From an uncultured Candidatus Saccharibacteria bacterium (GTDB lineage: Bacteria; Patescibacteriota; Minisyncoccia; Phycocordibacterales; SBAW01), in NCBI GenBank assembly GCA_964650645.1, contig CAZYUH010000001.1, positions 219,032 to 283,031 on the forward strand: DNA of 64,000 bases, in the 5' to 3' direction. The translations under genes and the position numbers were made by a program. The notes under the pieces are model-generated. The model was not told the origin of the DNA. It did no database searches and saw only the letters and a list, made by a program, of their open reading frames with translations. Below are positions 8,386-17,333 of this stretch, piece after piece (the first letter of the stretch is position 1; each line of letters begins with the position of its first letter).

Positions 8386-9513
8386 CTACTTGGAATTTTT
8401 CAAAGCCTCGATGCCCGGCAGCGTGCCCTCGGTCAGGAACTGGAGCATGGCGCCCCCGCCGGTCGAAAGGAAGACCTTCTGCGGATCGAACGAGTACTTG
8501 CCGAGCGCCGCGGCGGTGTCGCCGCCGCCCACGACCGCGCGCGCCTTCGAGCGCGACAGGGCCCGCGCCATGAGGTCGCTCGCCGCGGCATACCCTTCTT
8601 CATATACGCCCAAGGGGCCGTTCCACAGGACGAACGGCGCCTCCTCGGCCACTTGCGCCCATGCGTCGGCCGTAACGGGCCCGACGTCCACGATGCGCTC
8701 GTCGGCGCGCACGTCTACAACAAGCCCGGTGCGCGACTCCTTGGGACTATCAACGGGGCCGCCCACCTTCTCCATGACGGCGTCGGCCGCGACCGCGAGC
8801 TTCTCGTCGCTGGCAATGGCGACGCTCGCGGGAACGGATGACACGAGCGAGGCGCCCACCGGCAGGCCGCGCGCCTTTATGACGTCGTTGCCCAAAGCGC
8901 CCCCGAGGAGTATGCGCGCGTAGTGCGGCAGGAGCTTCTCTATCAGGGGCTGCTTGGTCTCGAACTTGGCGCCCCCGATTATCGCGAGCGCGCCCTGCGG
9001 CGGCGTGAGCGCCTCCTGGAGCTTGTCCGTTTCCTCCATGAGCCGAACGCCCGCGTAGCCGGGCAAGAGCTGCGGCACCCCCACGACAGACGCATGCGCG
9101 CGGTGGCTGTTGGAGAACGCCTCGTTCACGTACAGGTCGCCGTACGCCGCCAGCTCTTTTGCGAACCCCATGTCCCCCTCCTTCTCGCGCGGGTCGAAGC
9201 GCAGGTTCTCAAGCATCATGAAATCGCTCTCCTCGGGCGCGACCGTCACGCGGCGCTTCATGAGCTCGCCCAGGCGTCGCGCTATGGGCGCCACCTTCAG
9301 CTCTTCCACGACCTTCCCGCCCGGCCGGCCCACGTGCGTCATGACGGTTATCTTCGCGCCGCGCCCCGCCAGCAATTCGAGCGTGGGCAGGGCGGCGCGG
9401 ATGCGCGCGTCGTCAATTATGAGCCCGTCCCTCATCGGCACGTTGAAATCTACCGCTACGAGGACGCGCTTGCCGCTCACGTCCGCGTCCCTAATGCTTC
9501 TTATTCCTTGCAT
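8386..9513 (-). CDS. pgk: phosphoglycerate kinase
   Basis: 375 aa. N-terminal RVLVAVDFNVP and overall PGK similarity. Confidence 0.9.
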   Translation of the reverse strand: MQGIRSIRDADVSGKRVLVAVDFNVPMRDGLIIDDARIRAALPTLELLAGRGAKITVMTHVGRPGGKVVEELKVAPIARRLGELMKRRVTVAPEESDFMMLENLRFDPREKEGDMGFAKELAAYGDLYVNEAFSNSHRAHASVVGVPQLLPGYAGVRLMEETDKLQEALTPPQGALAIIGGAKFETKQPLIEKLLPHYARILLGGALGNDVIKARGLPVGASLVSSVPASVAIASDEKLAVAADAVMEKVGGPVDSPKESRTGLVVDVRADERIVDVGPVTADAWAQVAEEAPFVLWNGPLGVYEEGYAAASDLMARALSRSKARAVVGGGDTAAALGKYSFDPQKVFLSTGGGAMLQFLTEGTLPGIEALKNSK

Positions 9514-10285
9514 GGCTTGTCTTAACGGGCCCCACGGCCTTAAGTATTCCTATAAACGAATCGACATCGGCGCTGGCGTGGCCCACCAAGAACCCGTTGA
9601 CGCCGCCCTCCCGTATGAGCGCGCCGGCGTTCTCAGGCTCGACCGAGCCTCCGTACAGTATGGGCACCTTCGCCATCGCCTCGCGGCCCAATGCCTCCGA
9701 GAGGATTTTCCGTATGAATATGGCGGTCTCCTCGAGCTCCTCGCCGCGCATGGCCTCCTGCGCGCTCTTGCCTATCGCCCACACGGGCTCGTACGCCACG
9801 ATGAGCTTCCCTGCCGCGGGCGTTAGCCCGTGCAGGCCGCGATGCAATTGGTTGACGACCTGCGCCCAGTGCGAGCCGTCAGGCTCGCGCTCGGTCTCGC
9901 CCACGCACAGCACCGCGGTGAGGCCCGCGGACAGCGCCGCATGCACCTGGGCGCGGACCTGCTCGTCTGTTTCGCCCAGCGCGCGGCGCTCGGAGTGGCC
10001 GACTATGGCGAATGACGCGCCCAGCGCCTTGAGCATGGCGGCCGGCACCTCGCCGGTGTGCGCGCCTCCCGCGTGCGCGGAGACGGTTTGGGCGCCCGTC
10101 TTTATTGCCGAGCCCTTGAGCGCGGCGGCAAGCGAGGGGACGAGCGGGAACGCGGGCGCGAGCCACGCGTCAACGCCCTGCCAGGCCCGCGACCGCTTGC
10201 GCAGGGCGCCCGCGAACTTCTTCGCGGCGTCGGGCGACGTAACGTACATCTTCCAGTTGCCGATAACGAGGCGTTTCTTTGCCAC
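9491..10285 (-). CDS. tpiA: triosephosphate isomerase
   Basis: 264 aa with LVIGNWKMY and IVGHSERR motifs. It overlaps the pgk start by 23 nt. Confidence 0.9.
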   Translation of the reverse strand: MAKKRLVIGNWKMYVTSPDAAKKFAGALRKRSRAWQGVDAWLAPAFPLVPSLAAALKGSAIKTGAQTVSAHAGGAHTGEVPAAMLKALGASFAIVGHSERRALGETDEQVRAQVHAALSAGLTAVLCVGETEREPDGSHWAQVVNQLHRGLHGLTPAAGKLIVAYEPVWAIGKSAQEAMRGEELEETAIFIRKILSEALGREAMAKVPILYGGSVEPENAGALIREGGVNGFLVGHASADVDSFIGILKAVGPVKTSHARNKKH

Positions 10286-10328
10286 CTACGCACTATATCA
10301 TTCCGAAAAAGCGCGGAAGCGCATCCCC

Positions 10329-11888
10329 TTATTCGGCAGAAAGCCGTATCGCCTCTTCGGCGCTGGTGAGCCCCTGCGCGGCCTTGAAGAGGGCGTCTTC
10401 CGCAATATTCAACGTATCGAAACCGGGCGCTATGACCTCCTGGAGGCCCACGACGCCGCTGTAGCCGTCAGGATGCCCCGTTGAAGGGGTCGGGCGGGCG
10501 AAGGCGATATCCTTCCATGCGACGCCTTGCTCTATGACCTGCTCGTCCTTGAGCGCCTCGTACACGCGGGCGAAGTCGGCCGCCCCTTCAAGCGCGACAG
10601 ACTCGGGGCGGGAAAGCGGACGCGCGACAGCGAACTGGTCGGTCGCCAGCCGGCGCGCCAGCGCCACGCGCACGAGCGCGCCGGCCGCATCCGAAAGGAG
10701 GCCCTCGTCAGCGCTGTCTGACGCCGCCAGCACGAAGATGCCGCGCGCCGCCGCGGCGGCGGCGAGCGACGCACTCTCCTGGTCGCGCACGTGGCCGAGC
10801 AAAAGCACGTCGGGATGCTGGCGCAGGGCGGCGCGCAGGGCGGCCCCCGAGGAGATACCGTCCTTAAGCTCGGTCTGCGCCGCGTGCGGCAGGCGGCGCA
10901 GGATGCGCTCTTCCACGGTCGCCACGGAGACGCCCGGGTGCTGGAGGAGGTCGAGCATCGCGTACAGGAGCGCGCTCTTGCCCGAGCGCGGCGCGCCCGA
11001 CACTGCGACAAGCCCGCGGCGGCGCCCCAAACACAGACGCAGGGCGGCCAGGCCCTCGCCGTGGAGCCCCAGCGCCTCGAGCGTATAGCCCTCGGCACCC
11101 GAAGCGCGGCGCGCCAAGCGCATGTGGATGCGCTCGCCGCCGACCGTCGGCACCACGGAGACGTTCACATGCACCGTATCGCCATGCTTGTCCATCGCGA
11201 ACGCGCCCTGCTGGGGGCGGGCCACCGGCAGGAGCCGCGCCAGGATCTTCAATTCGCGCGCGAGCGCGTGGCCCGCCTGGGCCGGCAGGCGCATCGCCTC
11301 GTGTAATGCATGGCCCACCTGGTAGCGCACCAGGGCGCCATGGGTCGAGATATCGACATGCGCGCCCCCGGCGCGGCTGTAAAGCGCATGGCCTATGAGC
11401 GCCTCGGCGACGTGCCGGCCGTCGCTTAACAGCTCGCCGAACGTGTCCCTTAGATGCTTCTGGTACTTGAGGAGCGCGCGCTTGAGGGTCTCGCGGGTCG
11501 TCAGGTGCGGCACCACGCGCCGGCCGCCGAAGCCGCCGTCCGCTTCCAGCGCCGAGAGCGCATCAAGGTCGGCCAGATCGAGCACGGCAACGAGGACGCG
11601 CGCCTCGTCCGCCGCGAAGGCGATTATCTCCCGCGAGCGCGCGAGCGGCTCGGGAATGAGCGCCAGCGCCTCGACGGGAATGTCGTGCGGGTCCACCACG
11701 GCGAACGGGACGCCCAGCGCGTGGGCCTGCGCGCGGCGCACCTCGTCCTCGCCCATGAGCCCCAAGTCCACAAGCGTTTTTGAAAGCGGCGCGCTGCTGT
11801 GCGAGAGGTCGCCAAGCTGCGAGCGCGTGAGCAGGCCCGCATCCACCAAGAACTGCCCGAAAAGACGGTCGTCAGCGCGCATGTGCAC
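10329..11888 (-). CDS. GspE/PilB-family secretion/pilus ATPase homologue (orphan; catalytic motifs look degenerate)
   Basis: T2SE_Nter-like N-terminus. Walker A is GAPRSGKS. The Walker-B region reads HPDVLLLGHVRD where GspE/PilB has ...GEIRD, and the His-box reads AASDSAD instead of TLHTNDA. Confidence 0.7.
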   Translation of the reverse strand: MHMRADDRLFGQFLVDAGLLTRSQLGDLSHSSAPLSKTLVDLGLMGEDEVRRAQAHALGVPFAVVDPHDIPVEALALIPEPLARSREIIAFAADEARVLVAVLDLADLDALSALEADGGFGGRRVVPHLTTRETLKRALLKYQKHLRDTFGELLSDGRHVAEALIGHALYSRAGGAHVDISTHGALVRYQVGHALHEAMRLPAQAGHALARELKILARLLPVARPQQGAFAMDKHGDTVHVNVSVVPTVGGERIHMRLARRASGAEGYTLEALGLHGEGLAALRLCLGRRRGLVAVSGAPRSGKSALLYAMLDLLQHPGVSVATVEERILRRLPHAAQTELKDGISSGAALRAALRQHPDVLLLGHVRDQESASLAAAAAARGIFVLAASDSADEGLLSDAAGALVRVALARRLATDQFAVARPLSRPESVALEGAADFARVYEALKDEQVIEQGVAWKDIAFARPTPSTGHPDGYSGVVGLQEVIAPGFDTLNIAEDALFKAAQGLTSAEEAIRLSAE

Positions 11889-12027
11889 CTAAGTATACGG
11901 CACGATTGACAAATTGCCGGAGCGGGCGTAGGATAAGCGTATCTGAATGACTGCCCCGAGTGGGCGGTTTTTCTTTTTCTTAAGGAAAACCCTTCAGACT
12001 TACAAAGCTTAACCACCGCATCCGCAT

Positions 12028-13230
12028 ATGATGGATTTAAAGGTAATGAACTCGGTCCTCGGCGAGCTCGAGGAGGAGAAGGGCATCCCCCGCGCGCGCG
12101 TCATCGAGGCGATAGAGGCCGCGCTGGCGACCGCCTATAAGAAGGAATACGCGAAGAAGGGCCAGGTCATCCGCGCCCGCCTCGATATGAGCACCGGCAC
12201 GACCGAGTTCGAGCAGGTCAAGGAGGTCGTAGACGACACGACCGTGCGCATGGAGGAGGACGAAGCGCAGGAGGAGGCCGAGCCCGAGCTCGACGCCGAG
12301 GGCAACCCGGTCGAGAAGCTCCCCCTCTACAACCCCGAACAGCACATCCTTTTGGACGACGCCAAGTTCATCAAGCGCGACGTGCAGGTGGGCGAAGAGC
12401 TTGTCTTCCCGCTCGAAACAAAGGACGACTACGGCCGCATCGCCGCGCAGACCGCAAAGCAGGTCATCATCCAGAAGATCCGCGAGGCCGAGAAGGTGTC
12501 CGTGGTCGCCGAGTACGGAGCCAAGGAGGGCGACATCATCTCGGGCACGGTGCAGCGCATGGAGCGCGGCAACATCTACGTTGACCTCGGCCGCGCCACC
12601 GGCATACTCCCCTACGACGAGCAGATCCCCGGCGAGCGCTACCGCCAGGGCGAGCGCATCCGCGCGCTCCTCTACCAGGTAGAGGAGTCTCCCCGCGGCA
12701 TCTACCTGCGCATGTCGCGCGCGCATCCGGACTTCCTCAAGAAGCTCTTCGAGCTCGAGGTGCCCGAGGTGGCGCACGGCACGGTTGTCTTCAAGGCGAT
12801 TGCCCGCGAGGCCGGCAGCCGCTCCAAGGTGGCCGTCGCCTCAAGCGACCCGCACGTGGACCCGGTCGGCTCGCTTGTGGGCCAGCGCGGCGTGCGCGTC
12901 TCGACCGTCACCTCCGAGCTCGGCGGCGAGAAGATAGACATCATCGAGTGGAACGACGACACCAAGGCGTTCATCGAGGAGGCGCTCTCCCCGGCACGGA
13001 TACTGTCGGTGGACCTCGACGAGGACCAGCACCAGGCGAGCGTGCAGGTCGCGGACGACCAGCAGAGCCTCGCGATAGGCCGCGGCGGCCAGAACGTGCG
13101 CCTGGCGGCCAAGCTCACCGGCTGGAGGCTCGACATACAGTCGGTCGGCGGCAAGCCGGCAGACGATATCGTGGGCAAGGACGCCCCGAACCCAGCCGAC
13201 ATAGCGCCCCCGCCTTTGGAGGCCGAGTAA
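12028..13230 (+). CDS. nusA: transcription termination/antitermination factor NusA
   Basis: 400 aa with a NusA N-domain, S1 and two KH regions. Confidence 0.9.
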   Translation: MMDLKVMNSVLGELEEEKGIPRARVIEAIEAALATAYKKEYAKKGQVIRARLDMSTGTTEFEQVKEVVDDTTVRMEEDEAQEEAEPELDAEGNPVEKLPLYNPEQHILLDDAKFIKRDVQVGEELVFPLETKDDYGRIAAQTAKQVIIQKIREAEKVSVVAEYGAKEGDIISGTVQRMERGNIYVDLGRATGILPYDEQIPGERYRQGERIRALLYQVEESPRGIYLRMSRAHPDFLKKLFELEVPEVAHGTVVFKAIAREAGSRSKVAVASSDPHVDPVGSLVGQRGVRVSTVTSELGGEKIDIIEWNDDTKAFIEEALSPARILSVDLDEDQHQASVQVADDQQSLAIGRGGQNVRLAAKLTGWRLDIQSVGGKPADDIVGKDAPNPADIAPPPLEAE

Positions 13231-13246
13231 TACGGATAAAAAAAGA

Positions 13247-13276
13247 AAGCCGCCCCTTGCACGGGGCGGCTTTTTC
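13247..13276. terminator. rho-independent terminator after nusA (AGCCGCCCC-TTGCAC-GGGGCGGCT then TTTTT)
   Basis: GC stem-loop followed by a T-run, read directly. Confidence 0.7.
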
Positions 13277-13279
13277 GCT

Positions 13280-13603
13280 TTACGCTTGCGCGGGTTCGGG
13301 CGCGTACTTCCACTCCCACCACGGGAGCTTCCTCAGCAGCTTGAACGCGCGGCGCGTCGACGACGGCTCGATTACGCCGCAGAGTATCTTGTACTCGTAG
13401 CCGTCCTCGCCATCAGCCGGATAGAGGGCAAGGACCTCCAAGCGCACCCTGCCTTCGGCATACGCAAGAACGGCGCCGCGAGCGACGTCCCTTTCTTCGA
13501 ACTCCTGGACCGGACCCTCCACCCATCGCGCCTTGTCAATCTGGACTTCTCCCGACTGTGGCGCGCCCTTCTCGTAGGCATGGACTACACCGCGAATCTT
13601 CAA
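13280..13603 (-). CDS. hypothetical cytoplasmic protein (107 aa, TTG start)
   Basis: Excellent SD (AAGGAGGTG) 5 nt before the TTG start. No recognisable family. Confidence 0.5.
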   Translation of the reverse strand: MKIRGVVHAYEKGAPQSGEVQIDKARWVEGPVQEFEERDVARGAVLAYAEGRVRLEVLALYPADGEDGYEYKILCGVIEPSSTRRAFKLLRKLPWWEWKYAPEPAQA

Positions 13604-13690
13604 TTACACCTCCTTGGGGCATAGGCGCGCGATTGCGCTATCCAGCCCCACTATATATGATGAGTGGGTTATCAAGTCAACCTATTCTTT

Positions 13691-14227
13691 ATGAACCTCT
13701 GGCACGATGTACCGCTGGGCGATGACGCCCCCCAGGAGATAAACGTCATTATAGAAATCCCCAAAGGCTCGGCGAACAAGTACGAAGTGGACAAGGAGAC
13801 CGGGCTCATCAAGCTCGACCGCGCCAACTACTCCTCGGCGCCCTACCCGTTCGACTACGGCTTCGCGCCCCAGACCCTCTGGGAGGACGGCGACCCCCTC
13901 GACGTCGTCGTGCTCACGACCTTCCCCCTGCATCCGGGCATCCTGGTGGCCGTGCGCCCCGTGGCCGTCATGGACATGGTGGACGGCGGCGAATCCGACT
14001 ATAAAATCATCGCCGTGCCGGTCGAGGACAAGCGCTGGGAGGACGTGCAGGACCTGGCGGACGTCAACAAGCACAGCCTCAAGGAGTTCCAGCATTTCTT
14101 CGAGACCTACAAGGCGCTCAAGGGCAAGCCGGCCCCGGTCGAGATAAAAGGCGTCTATGACAAGGCGGCCGCGCTCGAGGCCGTCAAGAAGTCCGTCGAG
14201 CTCTACCGCCAAAAAATGGGCGCATAG
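13691..14227 (+). CDS. ppa: inorganic pyrophosphatase
   Basis: Family I PPase motifs (NVIIEIPKGSANKYEVDKETG, DGDPLDVVVL). Start taken at the internal ATG (MNLWHDVPLG). Confidence 0.9.
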   Translation: MNLWHDVPLGDDAPQEINVIIEIPKGSANKYEVDKETGLIKLDRANYSSAPYPFDYGFAPQTLWEDGDPLDVVVLTTFPLHPGILVAVRPVAVMDMVDGGESDYKIIAVPVEDKRWEDVQDLADVNKHSLKEFQHFFETYKALKGKPAPVEIKGVYDKAAALEAVKKSVELYRQKMGA

Positions 14228-14346
14228 CCCGCCCCGTTGAGCGCTTCTAAGCGCCGCTGTAACGTTCTCCCCAAATGCCCGTCTCAATAGGCGGGCATTT
14301 TCACGTATACTTTACCTACCTTCATATTCATTTAACCCAAACGACC

Positions 14347-15033
14347 ATGAAAAAGATAATCGCGCTCTCCCTGTCCCTCGCCGCGCTCGCTCCCGCATCC
14401 GCCCTCGCGCAGGCGCCGGCCCTGCGCGCTAGCGTGCAGGCCGAGGCCCAGGCTTCGACCACCAAGCCCGCCGCCCCCGGCTCGCTGCCCAAGCTCGGCC
14501 CTTCCGTGAAAAGCATCGCTTCCACGACCCGCGCGCTCGGCTCCACCACCGTCGGCATGGCCAGGGCGCGCGTCGCAGCCATCAAGGAGGCTATCGAGAA
14601 GAAGCGCGACGAGATGGAGAAGCGCGCCGACGGCGCCCGCTCCAAGGCCCGCGAGCGCTTCGGCGCGCGCGTAGAGGGGCTGGTGGGCCGCGTATCCGAC
14701 CGCCTCGCCGGCGCCTCGTCCAAGCTCGCCTCCATCGCCGACCGCATCGACGCGCACATCGACGCGCAGGCCGGAAAGGGCCATGACATGAGCGGCTCCA
14801 CGGAGATGCTCGCGACCGCGCGTGCCGACATTTCCGCCGCGAACGACAAGATACTCGCCGCCAACGCCGCGCTCGAGACCGCCATGGCCTCCGAGACCCC
14901 CAAAGCGGGCATTCCCGCCGTTCGCGCCGCCGTCAAGGCCGCAGAATCCGCGCTCGCCCTCGCAAAGAGCGACCTCATAAAAGCCCTGCATGCCGCCAAC
15001 GCCGAAGCTGGCATAACGACTGGTTCTAATTAA
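14347..15033 (+). CDS. secreted alanine-rich coiled-coil protein
   Basis: Signal peptide MKKIIALSLSLAALAPASALA then an Ala/Arg/Lys-rich helical repeat region. Confidence 0.55.
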   Translation: MKKIIALSLSLAALAPASALAQAPALRASVQAEAQASTTKPAAPGSLPKLGPSVKSIASTTRALGSTTVGMARARVAAIKEAIEKKRDEMEKRADGARSKARERFGARVEGLVGRVSDRLAGASSKLASIADRIDAHIDAQAGKGHDMSGSTEMLATARADISAANDKILAANAALETAMASETPKAGIPAVRAAVKAAESALALAKSDLIKALHAANAEAGITTGSN

Positions 15034-15056
15034 TTATCAGCATCATAATCATTTTT

Positions 15057-15383
15057 ATGGACACCCCGAACATCGAGCAGAACCAGAGCCCGTTCCCCGC
15101 AAAGCCGGCGCCCCGCTCCGGCAACATCGGCCCCCTGGCCGCGGCGGTAGTCATCGTGGCGATTCTCGCGGCGGGAGGATTCTACTTCTTCCGCGCCCAG
15201 CAGCAGAAGCAGCAGGCGCAGGACGCGGCCCAGGCGCTCCAGGCGACGCAGGAACAGCAGGAGGCGCAGGAGAGCGCCCCCGCTCCGGCCGCAAACGACG
15301 CCGCAGGCATAGAATCCGACCTCAACGCGACGCAGACGAGCGGCGGCGATGCCGACGTCTCGAGCCTCAACGACGCTTTGTAA
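15057..15383 (+). CDS. small membrane-anchored Gln/Ala-rich protein
   Basis: 108 aa with one TM helix (LAAAVVIVAILAAGGFYFF) then a Q/A/E-rich tail. Confidence 0.45.
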   Translation: MDTPNIEQNQSPFPAKPAPRSGNIGPLAAAVVIVAILAAGGFYFFRAQQQKQQAQDAAQALQATQEQQEAQESAPAPAANDAAGIESDLNATQTSGGDADVSSLNDAL

Positions 15384-15406
15384 AGCCGGCGCAAATCTGC
15401 TACTAT
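15378..15406 (+). promoter_or_regulatory. sigma70-type promoter TTGTAA-17-TACTAT, 7 nt upstream of the tig ATG (predicts a leaderless mRNA)
   Basis: Read directly. No SD before tig. Confidence 0.45.
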
Positions 15407-15413
15407 CGCCCGG

Positions 15414-16514
15414 ATGGAAACACCCGGGCGATCGCCGTCTTCGGACGGGAAGAAATTCACCGACATCGCGAAGCTCTTCGCGCGCTCGAACCTGCCCGAC
15501 TCGCAGGCGGAGCTTGCCGCCGACATCCCTTACGACGCCGTCGAGCCGTACCGCGCCCAGGCGCTCGCGCACCTGGCCGGGCGCATGACCCTGCCCGGGT
15601 TCCGCCCCGGCAAGGTACCCGCCGACATGGCGCTCAAGCAGGTCGGCGAAGTCGCCGTCCTCGAGGAGGCCGTCGAGCTGTTCATGAAGGATTTCTACAT
15701 CGAGCTCATACAGGAGCACGGCATAGATCCGGTGGGCCGCCCGAACATCGCCATTACCAAGCTCGCCCCGGGCAACCCGGTGGGCCTCGCCGTGCGCGTG
15801 CACGTCTACCCCTCGGTCGAGGCGCCCAAGGACTGGAAGAAGCTCCACGAGAAGACGCCGCTTGAAGAGGCCGAGCCCGCCACGCAGGAAGAGGTGGACA
15901 AGACGGTCGCCGACCTCCAGAAGAGCCGCGCTACCAAGGACGCAGAGGGCAAGGAAGTTCTTCCCGAGGTGACCGACGAGTTCGCCAAGTCGCTCGGCGC
16001 GTTCGACTCGCTAGCCGCCCTGCGCGAGCAGATAGCAAAGGGCATCACCGAAGAGAAGGCGCGCCAGGCGCGCGACAAGCGCCGCGGCAAGCTCATAGAG
16101 GCCCTGCTCGAGAAGTCGGACGCCGAGGTGCCCTCGATATTCGTCGAGAGCGAATTGCACAAGATACTCGCCCAGATGCGCGAGGACGTCGAGCGCATGG
16201 GGCTCACCATGGACGACTACCTCAAGCGCGCGAACAAGACCGAGGAGGACATAAAGAACGAGTTCCGCGACCAGGCCCGCAAGCGCGCCAAGCTCCAGCT
16301 CGTACTGAACAAAATCGCCGAAGACGAGAAAGTGGCAGCCGACGAGGCGGCGGTCGAGGCTGAAATAAAGCACGCCCTGGAGCACTTCCCCGACGCCAAG
16401 CCCGACCTGGTGCGCATCCACATAGAAACGGTGCTCCGCAACGAGAAGGTGCTCAAGCTCCTGGAGGGCGACACGAGCCCCGGCGAGCCCGCGGCGCACG
16501 ATCACGCGCACTAA
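15414..16514 (+). CDS. tig: trigger factor lacking the central PPIase domain
   Basis: GFRPGKVP ribosome-binding signature is present. The N- and C-domains are present but there is no FKBP-type segment between them (366 aa, versus about 430 aa for full-length trigger factor). Confidence 0.75.
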   Translation: METPGRSPSSDGKKFTDIAKLFARSNLPDSQAELAADIPYDAVEPYRAQALAHLAGRMTLPGFRPGKVPADMALKQVGEVAVLEEAVELFMKDFYIELIQEHGIDPVGRPNIAITKLAPGNPVGLAVRVHVYPSVEAPKDWKKLHEKTPLEEAEPATQEEVDKTVADLQKSRATKDAEGKEVLPEVTDEFAKSLGAFDSLAALREQIAKGITEEKARQARDKRRGKLIEALLEKSDAEVPSIFVESELHKILAQMREDVERMGLTMDDYLKRANKTEEDIKNEFRDQARKRAKLQLVLNKIAEDEKVAADEAAVEAEIKHALEHFPDAKPDLVRIHIETVLRNEKVLKLLEGDTSPGEPAAHDHAH

Positions 16515-16524
16515 CGCGGCAACC

Positions 16525-16550
16525 CCCCGGACGCGAGTCCGGGGTTTTTT
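16525..16550. terminator. rho-independent terminator after tig (CCCCGGAC-GCGA-GTCCGGGG then TTTTTT)
   Basis: Read directly. Confidence 0.75.
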
Positions 16551-16661
16551 ACACTCGTAGAACAAAAGAAAAAGAGGCCAGCCGAAGCTGACCTCTTTGA
16601 GAACCCGGAGGGTTCTTTCGAACGAAAGAACTGTCAGAGCCCTGTCCTTTTATTATCACGC

Positions 16662-16690
16662 TTGATAGTTGCATGGTCAAGCTCTATACT
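16662..16690 (+). promoter_or_regulatory. sigma70-type promoter TTGATA-17-TATACT, 6 nt upstream of the clpP ATG (leaderless)
   Basis: Read directly. Confidence 0.5.
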
Positions 16691-16696
16691 GGGCGC

Positions 16697-17326
16697 ATGA
16701 ATAACAACGATATCCGCGCCCAGCTCGTGCCCATGGTCATCGAGAAGTCGCCGTACGGCGAGCGCGCCTTCGATATCTTCTCGCGCCTCCTCAAGGAGCG
16801 CATCATCTTCCTCACCGGCCCCATAGAGGACGGCATGGCCAACCTCGTCATCGCCCAGCTCCTCTTCCTCGAATCGGAAGACCCGAAGAAGGACATTCAC
16901 CTGTATATAAACTCCCCGGGCGGCTCGGTCTCGGCCGGCCTCGCCATCCTCGACACCATGAACCACGTCAAGCCCGACGTCGCGACCGTGTGCGTCGGCA
17001 TGGCCGCATCGGCCGCCGCCGTCATTTTGGCCGCCGGCCAGAAGGGCAAGCGCTTCGCGCTCCCCAACGCCGAGGTCATGATCCACCAGCCGTGGGGCGG
17101 CGCCCAGGGCCAGGCGACCGACATCGAGATCACCGCCAAGCACATCATCGCCACCCGCGAGCGCCTCAACAAGATACTTTCAAAGGCCACCGGCCAGACG
17201 CTCGAGAAGATAGAGAAGGACGTCGACCGCGACTACTTCATGATGGCGGAAGACGCCAAGAAGTACGGCCTGGTGGACGCAATTTTCACCCAAAAGGGCC
17301 TCGCCACGCCTACCGCAAAGAAGTAA
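16697..17326 (+). CDS. clpP: ATP-dependent Clp protease proteolytic subunit
   Basis: [30 protein letters not shown] and the Ser-His-Asp triad context. Confidence 0.9.
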   Translation: MNNNDIRAQLVPMVIEKSPYGERAFDIFSRLLKERIIFLTGPIEDGMANLVIAQLLFLESEDPKKDIHLYINSPGGSVSAGLAILDTMNHVKPDVATVCVGMAASAAAVILAAGQKGKRFALPNAEVMIHQPWGGAQGQATDIEITAKHIIATRERLNKILSKATGQTLEKIEKDVDRDYFMMAEDAKKYGLVDAIFTQKGLATPTAKK

Positions 17327-17333
17327 CCGGCTT

